From: Laetmonice hystrix
Taxonomy: Eukaryota
Assembly (NCBI GenBank): GCA_965235115.1
Contig: OZ249436.1
Coordinates: forward strand, 33,294,001 to 33,358,000
DNA: 64,000 nt
Direction of reading: 5' to 3'
Part shown: one piece after another, positions 38,901 through 53,800 of the stretch
Layout of the letters: each line of letters opens with the position of its first letter
Numbering within the stretch: the first letter of the stretch is position 1
Notes under the pieces: generated by a model
What the model was told of the DNA's origin: nothing
Database searches by the model: none
The model's input: the letters and a program-made list of their open reading frames with translations, nothing else
Program-made: the position numbers and the translations under genes

Positions 38901-41900
38901 TCAATTGATTAAAACATAATACAAAAAAGTTGCCTATTCCAAGATAAATAAAAGAAAATTACCCCAATTTTTATCTCAAAAAGTAAAGAGAACATGCATC
39001 TAAGACGTTCCATCCTAATTTCATCCCAATGTTCCTAATTTCTGACGCTAATAACATTTGATTGTAGATCAATTTCTAAAACCAGCGACCTCTCTGAGTG
39101 AGAATCCCGGATATTGGTACTTTATGAATGCACCTCAATGTCTCGGAGATGACATAGCCTCTGGTCACCAGAAGACGATATGAAATAATCAAAGAAGATC
39201 GTCATTCCGATTGCATGGTCTTTATGAAAGAGAAAGACATGGCGGAACTGTAATGGCACAGTCGGGGAAGACCCAAGGTCATGAACATTCGGAGCATGAA
39301 CACTGCCCGCGGCTGTTATCTCTCGCATCAGATAGCATGGATCATCTCAACTTGATAAGAGCAACATCCCAGGCAGAATGACTCATCGTCCAGCCATACA
39401 GTACTGGCAGCAGCTTCAGCACAAGAACCTCCCCACCCCTGTTCTTGCCACATATTGTGACAGGAGATATGTACCTGTATCTATAATATGCGGAGTCCAC
39501 TGCCGCACCAAGATGGGACCTTATATTCCCCGAAGTTCCTACGCTGTGACTCACGTCGGGTTTTAAGAGATAGGTATCAATGTAGACTTTTACAATACCC
39601 GTCGGACTCGGTGCTATGGCGCGCACAGATAGTGTGATCACTGACTTGGGACATGTGTAATCGTCACCGACATCCCTGTCACATGCACACAAGGCACAAA
39701 TCATGTTCATATTGGTTTGATAAGACGCACACTACATGGCTCTTGGGGAAGACGCCTGAGAAAATCGATATCAATTAGATATATGAGGATATACATCAAA
39801 GCCGGCAAAACTAACCCCTAACCAACTGCGCATTGTCAATCTGAATATACCGTATTCCAATTTTTGTCTTTAAAGTATTTTGTTATATTAATACGCGTTG
39901 TTTGCTTCGTCCATTGATAATGCTGGCTCCAGACGTCTACAAAACTTTCATTTCGCTCGACTGTGGAATTCCTCCGAGTATCCACAGGATTAGGAATTGC
40001 AGTCCAATGGTATTAAGGTAAATATTAGGAAAAAGCAAAACAGACAAAAATAGCAGACAGTCTTCCTGACACGCCCCTCCCTCCTGGATCCCTTGTTGTT
40101 CTACATATTTTTTCTGGGTAGTTTTGCTTTTAGATTCTTAGACAAGATTTTAACTTTTCTACCGCCTCACTCTTTTTAAGGCCAATGGTTCTAAGCTGAC
40201 AGTCACAGCGGTCATACCACTCCTCTTGGGGCAAAAAGAAAGCGCACAAAAAATGACTGGCCACAGATATTTGCCCCGGTAGTTGTTGTTCTTCTAATGT
40301 AAAGACACTGCCGTAAGGGATACTTCAGTTAAGTGATTCCTTGGTCTTCAAATGGTTTCCCACTAAACCGCCATGAAGACAACTTTTGGTTCAAATCGTA
40401 AAGTTTTTGAAACGGCGACCTACTCTCTTTGTTTCATTAGAAATTTATTGGGGAAACTTTATGAAAAGGCGGAGACTATAAATATGCAATGTCGTTCATT
40501 ATGTGGCAGAATTCGGCCAACAGGGCCGGTAACCGAGTGGTACGGACGCGGGGCTGGTCACTGTACGAGTTGTGGTCAGATAGTGAGAGTGGCAGTCAGG
40601 CAGCAGGATTTATGGGCCTCAGTCAGGTGTGTGGACGGCTCCAGGAGCTGGGCCGACTGACTGATCTCCACGGCACCATTCTCAGGCTACCAGTGCCGCC
40701 CGATGGTTGGCGCTCCTGGCTACTGGCGCCCAAAAGGACAATTTAACTCCCCCATCAAACAGGGGACCACCGGAGAAATTGGAATCTGTAGCGCAGAATA
40801 CAAAACACTTAGAGATTTATCTGCCTCCTTTCGACAAACAATGTACCTATGAAGTCAACCCCATTGTCCGTCCATTCACGCCATGCATGGTGTATAAAAT
40901 GGTTTGCTTAAAAACAAGAAAACACTATAGCTGGACCACTATAGGGAAACGAAAAACCTTACCAATTGTATCGCTCCGATAAATAAATTCCTTAAAAATA
41001 AAATATAAGAGGTCTCTGGGCAGTTGTCGCTTTTACACTGGCCAGTTTTTTAACAAGTGTCTGTCTCTTTAACCTCCAGTTTCTACACTCTTGGAAGAAT
41101 CATGGGGACGTTTCATAGTCATCTTCTCTTCAAGCAAAATTAGCATAAATATCTCAACCTGATAGATACATTATATTACATACAAAATAGCAACCAAAAA
41201 CAAACAAACGAACAAAACACACACGTAAGAGTTCGTTTACAACAATCAATGTAACAGAAAAAGAACACTTTCTGTGAGACAGATTGTACTTTTGAACCAT
41301 CTTAGTTGTAGACAAATGAGCCTGACACAAATACTATGGGTGCCAAGATTAGCACCCTTTAGGCTGTCCGTCACGTCAGATAAGTACTTTGGCAACATTA
41401 CACAGTGGCGTATCTGTAAGCAAAGGTATGTCATTCTGACAATACTGCACATTGTTGCTCGCAGAAGCACTTCAGTGTATCTCCTCCAGACTAGAGATTC
41501 TAAAGAACTCTTCTGTGCTGAGAGGCAGTAAATACCCTAGTATATGATTTCTTCTTAAGAGGGGTCTCCACTGCAGGCTTATTTGCAAAATTTTAGGAAA
41601 CATTTTCCATTCTCTGAAGTTGGCTTACCGTTCAAAGGGAACAATTAAGGAAACCAGAACCAAACTCTTCCGACTTTTTAGTTAACATTCCTCGTATGAG
41701 GAAAAAAATGGAAACTATAAAAATAAAAAAGAAAAGGGGGGGGGGAGAACAAAAATAAAAAACAAACGACTTCGTGGTTGCCTGTTGCATACTGGAGGGC
41801 ATACTTTTTGTTTGTGTATTTTTATAATGACTCTACACGAGGGTCCCTGAAGGAGAGCTGTCAGAATGATAATTCGTCCAACTGTACCCGCAGTACGGTA

Positions 41901-43773
41901 GCCCCGAGGGTTCCACCTCATTAGGTGACTGATGGCCACTGATGACGACTCACTACACCACTTTTACTGGCCGCTCTGACAGGCTTATCTTCATGCGGTT
42001 TTAAAAAATTTTAATCATCAGAATTTATTTACTTATTTGTGAGACTCAACAGAGAGCCTGTCTTTCAAGTAGAAAGAGAAGGTAAAGTATCAGACTTGAT
42101 ACATTATACGTGAGAAAAGGCAAAAGGAGGCAACTTTTTGATACTTTCCTGTTGAGCTCTCAGGGGCAAAGACTCTAGTCTTGAGTCAGGTCCTGAAGGC
42201 GGCATACCATTTTAGAGGCACTCAGGAAGGCGTAACTAAATATGTACAGAAAGAGGTCTGACTTCTTTCTAAAAGGCAACACTACTTTTTGACATAAGAG
42301 TGTTTCTGATTTGCGACTGTCCATCCTATCATCTACTAATCACTTCCAATATCCAAAAATGTTAAGTTGTAATTAATAATATATCATGGCAGAATAATAA
42401 GCAAAATGACCAATGTCGCAAAGACCTGTGGCAGTGATAAGATAAAACCCTAAAAACATACCATGAGACACCAACATGACATCAACATAAATCGACCATT
42501 CTACCCATACAGCAGCTGACAGGAAGTAGATTACATTAACTAAAACATAAAACATTATATTTGTCGTTTTTTTCCAAGGTACAAACAAATTCCAGTGCAG
42601 AGCAATAAGAATGTAGCTGAGATTCTAGCCAGGTTGAAGATCCCGAAGTTGGCATCTTTACAATTTTGTTGTTGTTTTCCTCGCCTGATCTTCATAGAAG
42701 GCAGGAAAGAAAGAAGCCGAGAAAGAACAAAAGAAAGAATCGTTGCATATTTTGGTCAGTACCTTTCTCTTTACATTGGCTCAATTTTTATTGGCCTTGC
42801 AGGGCAGTCCCACCATTTAACACCTGTTGGAGTCCCAGAAACCTTTTTTGGGCGTTATCTTTTGGAAGGATGATCCGCGCCATTTGATGCTGCGTCTTTG
42901 GTTAACAATCGTAGTCAGCTGCGAAGTCACCCAATACACAGCCAGAGTCGGCCTTAAGCACTTTACATCTCAGGTTTACATCCTGTCTTTGCCATTACAG
43001 TAAGACAAGCAGGACATCATGCATTGAATTTTCCAATAAAACAAAGTGCACCTGCGTGTCTATAAAGTTTCGGTAAAATATGCCATAGAAAAGTCACGAA
43101 GCCTAAAGGAATTTAGTGGAGAGAAATGATAGCGGGAAAAATACTCGTAGGGGAAGTACATTTCTATAATCTACGTCTATGGTACTATTACTGTGAAATG
43201 TGTGAAAATTGCCAACAGGCAATGTAGGTAGTCTTCTGCACTAGGTTCTGTGTCTGAACCAACCAAACCGTTTCTCCTTGTCCACAAAAGAATGGATGAT
43301 TCAGAAGCCGACTAATATCAAACTATGGATCTCATCCCTTCTTCATGTTGTTGATTTATTGATGTTTGCAAACACATGAGAATACTGGCAGTGAAGATGT
43401 GATACCATCATACCAAGACGCCGTGCACACATGTATTTGGCAAATCTGCATGCTGTTATGTGTTGAAATAAGGAATGACGCGAGAAACATTTAATTTATA
43501 TGAAATACAGATTTGTGCCGACTAGAAAATTTATGTCTTTGAATTTTATTGAAATTCATTAAGCGCCAGTAAAATATGCTAATGTTACAGCCAGTGTGAT
43601 CCCATGTATGATTTACCCATGTTATTCCACACATTCTTGACATCAATACTATTTGACAATTGTATAATTTCCCGCATTTCAATAATTTTAACCTTTGAAA
43701 TCTTAACTTCTACATTGGTCAGAATCTGAAAACAGTTGGCATCCATACAGAGCGTGGTAAATGAATTCCTTAC

Positions 43774-44027
43774 CTTGACTACCCCTGGCGGTTCGTTCAG
43801 CCGCGTCGTTAGGGACGCAAACGTTGACGATGGTTGCTGATAGCGAGGCTTGACGCCCTTCTCCTTGATTTGGTAGTGGGAGGGACCAGGCAGCTCAGTA
43901 TTCTGTATTTTCGTCATTGGCTGGATACGAACGGACGTCGTTCCAAATACTCCCCTCCGTGTACTCTCGATGTATGCCTTCTTCATGCTGTCTGACCCCA
44001 TACCCACCGCGTTATATGCTCCCGGGC
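43774..44027 (-). CDS. STPG2: STPG2 internal exon, 254 bp, (G)PGAYNAVGMGSDSMKKAYIESTRRGVFGTTSVR...LPGPSHYQ...NEPPGVVK
   Basis: tttcttgacag acceptor, GTAAGG donor, phase 1-0, two PG repeats. Lies within track ORF 43585..44079. Confidence 0.92.
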
Positions 44028-47000
44028 CTGTCAAGAAAACATTAAATATACGTGCATATTTTGGTTCTGCAAAGGTCATGATACTATCTGCTATGTAATG
44101 TGTATATTATTTCAAAATGTTTATTTCAAATGTTTACGTTTCAAATTTCTTTCAGCAATTTCGGTAACAAATCCATATTAATCCTGACAAAAATTTGTGG
44201 GACAGTATTCCAGTCAAGAGCAGTATTTGTGTATCCTTTAAAAGCAATCTTACTTTGATACTTCGTCTGATCCTTTATTAAGATATCTCTGTAAAAAATG
44301 TGCCTTCCACATCATGGTTGGTCAGAGCCGCAGTAAGCATATTAAAGATCACAGGATTCTACAAGCTCCTAGTCTGATAGGAACCCCACCAATCCTGATA
44401 CATTATTCCACCACTTTTTATGACTGACTGACTTGTTTTTCCTTTGGACGAATACTTGACTTTAGACTTCCAAGTGCTTAAGTCTTTCCCACAATGCGGA
44501 AAAATTCAATTATTCACTAAATCTTATTATCTCCCATTTTGATTAGAATTTTCAAAACCATTATCTCAATTCATCGCATTACATTAACACTGCCTAGTAG
44601 AAAATCAATACCATTTCATTTGCCTGGTGCAAGGACAAACAAATTTAATTGGCTGAATTTGCTGAACTGAATTCAGGATTCATAGAAATGATTCCAGCCT
44701 TCCTCACTACAACACCAGTGGAGACTGAGGCGGACGGAGTATCAGTACTCGTCAATGAAGGGGAGCCCCTGGCACAGATGAGGGTTTGGGTTTGGTGTGG
44801 GTGTGGGTGTGGGTGTGGAGGTGCGGTGAGGTTTTAGATCTGACCTTGGGATCGAACACAAGAGGCCGGGCAAGGATCAAGCATATTCATGGTTTGTCGG
44901 GGCAAGTATTTCTGGCCTGAATGTATCGATGATCTTATCAGCCTTGGCAGTGCCACAATGAAGATGAAGCTGCCCCATCCCTTCACACAATGCATGGACC
45001 TTGTATGGATCCTCAAAGCCACCCGAGAATGGAGAGCAACAACTAAAAGCAGCAACACCAGCATTTGCCGTTTACGATCTTCCGCCCTCTCAAAACAATG
45101 CCTCAATTCTTTTATATTAGTAAAAAAAAAAAGTTTGGAAAGCTACAAGGAAAGGACTTCAACCAGTAAATGGCTTCATTTTATGTGGTCATGCAAGCCT
45201 GCGTTTTCTAATTACCATGCCTCTGTGCTGTTTATCCACCAATATATCAGCATACACAACGGATGGACGAGTCTTCATATTCTGAATCAGATCATTAATG
45301 CTCAGAAGATGCTGCCACTCAAAGGAAATGAGAAATGGAAAGAGGAAAAATTAAATTATAAGAACAAGTCTACGAAAAGTTTGATGATATCATATTTATA
45401 TCATCCAATGTAGACGCTGTCACATACCCTCAATCTATACGCCGGTTCCATTGAAACACGGGGAAAATCGGCGGATGAGGTACATGGCCTTTCTTTGCCC
45501 CTCCGCTGAAGAAGACCTGTCATATCAGAAGTTGTTATGGAAACCAGAAATTGTGCAATCCCGGGGCCTTCCTGGCCGTAATGGGGAACACGGCCGGGAG
45601 ATGGGAGAGATTGTGGGACGTGGGACGTAGACACGGAGGGCGGCAGTCAGCTGACAATATCTTCTTCAGACATCCCGTGTCAGCTCCAAGACAGGATGGA
45701 GTAACCATGCAGGTCTAACCAGTGTCCACTCCAAGAGGGCCACTTCATGGGGCGCAAAACCGATGTAAGGTCTATGACAGGCCTCTGACTGGCATTACTA
45801 GGACTGAATGCCAATGGCAGCTCTGTCATAGGTACCACTTGATCTCAAAGCCACCGTGACTTGGTCAAAAACACCACAGGAGCGCAAAGCCAGTGTTTGC
45901 ATTGTGATAGGCAACGTAAGGAACTCAGATACAGTCTTAACACCGCGAGAGCCTTTATTTGGGACTAAATGCCAGTGAGCTCTATGACAGGCACCCATGG
46001 AACTAACTGCTAGTATTAGCTTTATGCAAAATTGATGCTCAAAGCTAACTTTAACTGTGTGACAGGCACGATTGGAACACAAAGCCAAAGTCAGCTTTGT
46101 GGCAGGCACGACTTTAGCCCAAAGAAAGGCTCATCTGTCACATGCACTTTTAAACCTATAGTTCAGGCTCCATGAGGAATATGGCGCCAGTATAAGAGTC
46201 AAGACAATATTTGTTAGGAACCAAAGCGCCAAGATTCTGTAATAATGCTGCAGTCTCTGTTAAACTTCATGAGGATTCCAAAAATTGACATGAAGATGAA
46301 AAATGAAAACTGAATAAATTACCATACAAACTAAATTAGGTTTGTGGGTGGACCCTCTATATATTATGTAGCTATCAATATTTGCACTAATGCTAGAAAT
46401 ATGGCTATCGGCTTATTAAAATCACAAATATTAGTCAGATAGGTTTTCAAAGAAAACTACGGTACCTTTAACGGCCACAGATTGGAATACCTTTTTACAG
46501 TGTATTGGAATACACTCAATTGTCTCCGCCTGACTTCATAGAAAGCATGCATTCTGGATTCTGTCAGTTTAAATGCAAATTCTTGAATGAGGCCAGGCAC
46601 TGAGGACATTCCTTATAATATTTCGGATTTCATGTGTAAGGATAGTTCAAGTTCTCCTTCTTGCATTAATCATAGGGGAGAAGTCTAAATTAAATCACTC
46701 AAATTAAAAGAAATAAGCGGGAGACAATTTTACCAGCTAATATCGTGCGACTTAGCAAAACTGTTTGGAATTTGTAAAAGATCCTTGCTACAAACAGCTG
46801 CCACCAAAGACTGAAGATTCCCCAAAGTTCATCCAGTCTCTCAGTCACAGTAAAAAAAGGCAGAGTAAGTGCCATATCTTCGCGGGGACCAACAATTCAA
46901 TACTTCCGACGAAATCAAGAGAATGCCGCGACATGACAGTCGCTTCCAGGCGGCTGGGTAAATGGACGAGGGGTGGAATCACGGAGGGGGTCATTAATAT

Positions 47001-47741
47001 CACCCTCCTTCACCCCCTGCCCTCTGATTCATCCCACCCCCAGACCGAACGTAAAGCAGCAGCCTCCCAGCCACACTCGGACCGCTGGACAGTCTCCTTC
47101 TGTCAATTTATGCCTGTCCCGAGTGGTTGTTAGGGCCGCTGGATTCAGGCACTGTACACCTCTCTACTCTCATGTTAGCCAACCTTAACACCCATATATC
47201 ACTGTTGAAACAGGCAGCAATATGTTTCACCGGCCGCTTCACAAACATGGGTCAACGCTTGCAGAGGTTTTATCTGTCAATACTATGTTGTAATTTTGTG
47301 AATAATCAGAAAACTGTCAGTGTGGCGCTTTAAAGGAATTACTATTTCTTAGAATTCTCTGTGACTGTTAGAAAAAAAAACCAACTCGAAACATTAAAAT
47401 GTTCAGTATATTTCCGGTTGGTTTAACGTTCCGTATTATAACATTTCATTAATGGAAGGAAATTAGATTGTCTGTAGGGCTGACATTTTAAACAGTATAC
47501 GTTGGCAGTACTCATATCCTATGCTATTAAATTGTCTTTCGAGGGCCAGGAAACGACAGTGTACAGATAGGGTTGCCTATAATCATTTAATCTCAGTTTA
47601 AGCTAATATCAAACTACTGCGAGTCTGGAGTCTGGAGCAGCTCGCTCTAGAGTTTAAGTGAATTACTTAAAAGTTGGACGAAAACTAGATATGACGCACT
47701 TTCTCAAAATTACACGAAGGGATGTGGAACGTTCGCATCAA

Positions 47742-47820
47742 CAGCCAGCCAGCCAGCAAGCCTGCAAGCCAGCCAGCCAGCCAGCCAGCCAACCAACCAA
47801 CCAACCAACCAACCAACCAA
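47742..47820. repeat. Compound microsatellite (CCAG)n(CCAA)n
   Basis: Directly visible. Confidence 0.97.
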
Positions 47821-50800
47821 TTAAATTGCTCGTCCCCCGTTCTCGGGGACCCAGGCGCTGTTGCATCGTCTCGTTTTAAGATCTGTCAGGGGGTTCTTTC
47901 ATAACCTGAAGGTGGACTGGAATTTCAGCGTTTAGAAAAGTTGTCATGCGCCATATTTAAAACCCTAATGCTGGCTTAGGAAGGTCAAATTATAGCAAAT
48001 TATATCCAATATGCACTTTTAATACGCTATATTTAAAAATGTCATGTCCATGTAACAGAAACTTAGCAAATATGCACAGTCGATATGCCACATTCTCAAG
48101 TTATTTCTCCATAAATGCTCTGTAGATTTTTCCAAATCAACTGCTTCTTATCAGCGTCATACGGGGACACTGCTATGATGATAATTGAGCATTTATTCCT
48201 GTTTATCTTTTTACGGTGTTTCTGGCCTCACACTGAACAGGTCATCCCGGCCAGAACGACAACCCTAATTGTAAAGGTGACAGTGGACAAGAGACAGGCA
48301 GTCCCTGGCAGCAGCGGATGAGCTGGGCTCAGATCTGGGTTCATGCAGACCTCGAGCAAGTTAATGGACATCTTGTGTAGCTCGGTGGATAAGGTGTCGG
48401 TCTTACATCAGCCTGTCTATTGCTGCTGCCACCTCCACAACACGTCAAACACTTCTCTTACACAGCTTACATACATCACGTCATCAGACATTGCCATATC
48501 ACAGGTCATAGTTACCGATTGGAGTATTTCAACTTCATCCGTCACTAGTTTAGTACAAAATGCCAAAGAAACGTGTCATGATTTCATTAGATATGAGACA
48601 TTTTGTGTTGCGCCAAATTTTGTATTAACATGTGATGAAAGATATAATGCACCTTGAATTACTAGTATCAGGAGATGATACTGCATGGTTAACGGGCGTC
48701 GTCAACGTTCTTACTGATGCACGCACCAGATACTCGTTAATGTGTTACGGGCAATTTCTGTCACTTGCTAACAATCCGTCTAAAGCACAGATCTCTCACC
48801 ACAAGATTGCTGAGGCTCGGCCTGGCTATCTGAGGCACAGATACGTGAGTACCTATCTCTCGACCTATGTGTCTCCAGAAGACGGAGCCAGAAATCTGGA
48901 ACACTCGACTTCTGAGTTATAGTTGGAACCTAAATTTCTGTATTGAAAACTTTTATTTTACTTGTGTGTAACTAGTATCATCTTTATTTCTGGGAGGTTT
49001 CCTTAATGATTTCCGACTCCTGGGAATCTCTCAACCCGAAAAAGTAAATAAAACATTAATAAAATATAAAAAATGAATGCATGAATAAATAAAAATAAAT
49101 AAATCACGAATGTCAATAAAGTAAAGAGACAGGGGGGATAAAGTAAAGGCGCAAACCTCCCTGGCCAAGTACTTGTAAATAAGTGATTGTAATGGAACTC
49201 AATAAATCTCTTTCATTCGTTCATTGCTGATTAAGTCTCTCATTGTGTGTTAGATTAAATCTAAATCAGAATGGTTCTATCCCTTTGTTAATCAGGCGCG
49301 GGTACTAAAATGCGGCTGTCTCTCATCGGTGGCCCGGTCGGTGCCTGTGATAGCACAGAGGGTTGACATACAAGGCGCAGCTCAAATCACCACCGACTCT
49401 TTGCTGGTGGCAGGGCAATGGTTCCCAAGTCAAGCCCTGCCAGCTTGACTACAGCCAAATGAAGTGATGGAAGCCAGGGAGACGCCGGTAATCAGTGGTT
49501 GGGGCGTCTATCAAAGGTTGACGGGTAGGGCCCACGGCTACGTTGTCCAGGCCTGAGGTCATTCATGACGTTTGTAACTGACGGAATCGCCAAACCCGGT
49601 TGGATGCACGGATGTTTCAGTTGGGGAGGCTGAGAGAGTAACTCTTTCTATATATGACCCTCCTCTGGATATTTTAAATTTAATATGAATGAATAAATGA
49701 ATGAATGACAAACACTAAGTAACGACTTAATACTAACACCAGAATAAACCTAGGATAATCTTTGTAACAGCTTCAAAACGGGATTCAGGAGCAGCCAGTG
49801 CGTTTTCCATCTGGCGTTTTCCCGGTGTGGTTTAATAACAATGTTAGGTGTCAACGTCACTCTTGTGGGTGGTAATACGTAAATATGTAAATTTAAGATC
49901 GAGGGCTTTTCTTTGGGACGGGAGGGTGGGGGGGGGGGGGGTACTTTGTGCATGTAAATCTGTCAATGTACACTTTATCCTTTGCTAGACTTGTCATTGA
50001 GACTTGTCCCTCAATTGGTTCGTTAGACTTGACTTCTCTCTCTGACAGAAGATAATATCCTTCAAAGTCCTTCTCGGTGACCAATCCAGTGACTCATGCG
50101 CTCGTGGAAACGGATACAGAATGTTACAACAACCGCAGGCACGTCCAAATTTGAGCTCATCAATGGACAAAAACAACGTCAGGAGTATAACTGCCCCAAA
50201 CAAAATATTTACAGCACATTTCCGTTATTCTAAAGAGCCCCTATGACAGCTGAGGTCAAGAAAAACGTCCAACACTGATCTTAGTGCTGGAATTCTAGCT
50301 GTGGGACAGACCTGTGGGGCTTGTTCTCATGAAGCTAGGGCTAACAGATCATCTTAAGGGACTAAAACCGAGTTAAGTAGTACGCAGGTCGTCACTGGGT
50401 GGCCACTCTCCATCATGACCACCACCTGCACCACTTGCCACCACGCCACACCACCACTACAACCCCCTCCAGAGATCACCACTTCTTCTCCAGACAGTTC
50501 AAGCCTCTTAAAGACCCCGTATTCTTTTCACAGCCGAAGATAAACAGCTCACTTTTATCATTTCACTGTTTGCGTTTTCAGCAGGCGTTTGGTGACCTGG
50601 AGCAGAGCTAAAGGTCAGCTCAAGTGGCGCCCTCCTGCGGCCGGAGACTGCTGACATGAATTGGGGGGACCAACGACAGGCGGTACCATCGAGTTCCCGG
50701 CGAAATGGAGATTCCGACAAAAAACACCCATAAACAGTGCCATTAAAGGTTTTTTTGTCAAAACTCAAGATCTTAAGTAAACTGCTGGGCATCACGATAA

Positions 50801-53800
50801 AAAAAACCTAACAAGGAAACGTCAGCGACTGAGGCTCATATATCCGGAACACGCTATGTTTATAAACATGAATCATGATGGGGTAATTGTTATAAGGAAT
50901 ACAAGTTGAATTTACAGATATCTGTCAATTCATTCCAGAAAACATACAAGTCAATCATCTTTCTTTCAATGAACCGTTTCTGCGAGTGTGTTGATAAGCA
51001 ATGACCTAATTCTGTTTGTTCGACGGATTACCCTATACAGCTTTATGATTATTTGCCCCCCCCCCCACAAAAAAAGTCCTTGAATGCAACATGCTAGACC
51101 GCATTCATCATATCAACCCCTTTATTTTGAGGCCAATATAACAGCAACACATCACTTCCCCGACTGAACCTATGACTAGCACTAGACATAGAATGAATGA
51201 ATCATTTTATTAAGTCATTGATTAATAATTGCCCGCCCCTTGCTTCGATTCAACCGCAGCCAGTGAGTAAGCAATATAGGACACAAACGGCGAGACAATC
51301 CATCCAATCAGGCCTTATTACATCAACATATTACCAACCTGTTTCTGCAACAACTCCTACAGCAATTGTCCCACAATTACTTTAACCGGGGAAATGCCAT
51401 TCTCTGTACCCCCCCCCCCCCCCAACATGTCCATACTCACCCCCTCCCGCCCCGCAGGGGGCAAGTTCCCGCCCCACTGCACGTCCTGGAGGAGGCTTGG
51501 ATCCCTGAAGGACATTAATTAGCCAAAGATCACTGCCCCTGGTGGCACGTCATCTCCGGATGAAATCTCAGGCTGCTGGAGCTGGGGCTCTTCAGACGCA
51601 GAGCAGTCACTTGGAAGGGGTTCAGTGGGAAATGCACGGCGGGGGGTGGGGGAAGGGGAGGGTGAGGGGTCTGTGGAGGTCAAGCAAGAAGTCATGAATG
51701 GTCTCTACTGGCTGATTGAGCCATTGTTTTCTGAGCACCATTCTCTGTGTCAGTCGTACCCGATCTTTCCATTGTACCATCAAAACCTGACATTCTTATA
51801 TCGATATGCCCGTGTAGCCTTTTGGTTTAAGATGATTCTTTGATTCCATTAAACGGCAATAAATATACATGCTAGTAGGAAATTCCAATTACTCCACGGC
51901 ATGATTCATCCCCTAGGGGGCAATTTGTTTCCTTCAAAATCCTTGTCATGTCCCGATGTAAACAGGCCCGTATTGAAATATCATATCACGGGGTAACTAC
52001 GAAAGTAAACTTGGGTGATCGAAAAATTTAACTTCCACTTGTAATCCTTCATTTATTGTGCTCCCTTCTCCATTTTGAGGGCAATGTTAAACAAATCACT
52101 AAAGCCAGCGTCCGGGCGGTCGATATTATGAAAGGAAGTGGGTGGGTTGATAAGGTCCGGGGTTGTAGAAGGGGTATATGGATCTACCCGCATTGTGACA
52201 CAGAATCTTGGCTGAGATGTGTGATTTAGCCGGCGGGCCCTCGGTGGCCGCTTGGCCTGCCCAGCTAAATGCACATTTATTTGCTCTGAGGGCTGTCAGG
52301 CTTGTAGCCCGCCTGGCACATGCGTCCTTATCGCTGGCTGAAAGTGTCAGGTGACCAACGTCAAAGACAATACATCTTCGCACAACCCAGCGGTGTAAGT
52401 GGCGGCCACGCAGCTGTGTGTTTATATCAGACAGAATCCACAACATCGAATAACGACTGGACAGGGTCGGTGTGAGGTACGCTATCTGAAGCCAAAACTG
52501 TAAACTCGATACTAAACGTCCTTTGAATATGAAGTCTATATTTCTGTATAAATATAAAAATTAAAATTAAAAGACCCTGCATATTTATATGTCATCATGT
52601 CCCTTGGTTATATAAATCATGTCCCTTGGTTTGACATATTACAATCTTTGGTTGTTTGCATCACATTTTCATAGAAATGGTGATAATGCTTCCAGCTGGC
52701 ACATGTTTTCGGTAAAAGACTACCAAAAGGATCTGTTAGATTGCCCTCATTCAGAAATCAAAAACCTAACCCTTAAATTTAGTTCTGCTTTGGGAGAAGC
52801 ATTCCACAGAAGTTATCCATTCTGAATTGCTATCAAGGTTGTTTTTAAAGACCTCATTTGAACGGAACGCACTGCCCTGCCTCCCTTCAGCAACCCTGAA
52901 TGGTTGTGGTTCTGTGTCTCACATCTATTAAAATGTCACTTGAGAGAATTTCTTTTATTTTGACTGCGGGAAATGCTATCCTTGAAAACAAAGATTACTG
53001 AAGGGAACTAGAAGACGATGGTCAGATTAAATGTTGACAGGCAGTCCTTTTGTTTTCCTCACACACTAACAAGAAAAGCGCACTCCTTCGTGTTTTATCT
53101 AGGCAGGTATTCTTCTAATATGGATTAAAGATATCACAGACAAATACTAAGTAATCAAAGGTGGACGAGTGATTTGATTCAAGTTTCTTATTTCGCTAGT
53201 TCATGATAACAACTGTAACACTAGGACGAAGGGTTACTTCTTGAATGGATTCTCAGTTCTCAAAAACTCGATAAGGCATGGCTGAGAAGGATGTATCCTT
53301 TCGGGGTCAAATTAGGTCATAGATATTACACTGAGTGTTTTCACTTCTTAGAAAACGCTTTAAAAAAAGTCATACTTGTCATAAAATGGGTGTGCAATAA
53401 ATAATTCTAGAAGGATCGGACCTTGTTTTTATTATAATATATACGGTGAAAGACATATTTCATCTGTCCCATTCAACTTTGTGCAGATTGGATACCGTAC
53501 TTTTACGTATGATTCTATAGGGGTGAATATGTTGTTATGTCAACTGTTGTAGGATGAGCAACAGTGCAGAGGGCATCACTTTAATTCATCACCACTACCT
53601 AGCTCTTAACTTAAGTGGATTTTCGTTCGGCGAGGTCAACGTGCAACAATTGGCAAGTCTGCCTGCTGTAAAATGAGTCATTTTTCAGAAAGGGGGACAT
53701 TTCGGTTTGGTCCTGGATGTTTTCAGACTCATGCCAAATGACATGTGGTGGTGGAGACTGATGGCACGCGCAACAGAATCGTTCATGTGCACGTCCACCC

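Noticed and set aside
39120-39710. Trypsin-like WDVALIKL (minus) and Myb-like WSPEDD (plus) fragments
   Set aside because: Isolated words with no catalytic His/Ser motifs or Trp spacing, and multiple stops. A tBLASTx/HMMER search would be needed to revive this.
44889-45413. Longest ORF in the track (174 aa), and the other track ORFs
   Set aside because: No recognisable motif or splice support. The lengths are expected by chance in 64 kb. Only ORFs overlapping STPG2 exons, plus the 28930-29037 candidate, were kept.
37918-46121. Exact 13-15 nt matches between distant loci (cacgactttagccca at 37918/46107; agaggtctctggg; cagataggcatct)
   Set aside because: Matches of this length are expected by chance in a 64-kb self-comparison, and no matching opposite termini were found.
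48860-48960. CAGAAGACG...GAAA segments (also 21831) reminiscent of Penelope/hammerhead termini
   Set aside because: No intact CUGANGA/GAAA core or pairing stems.
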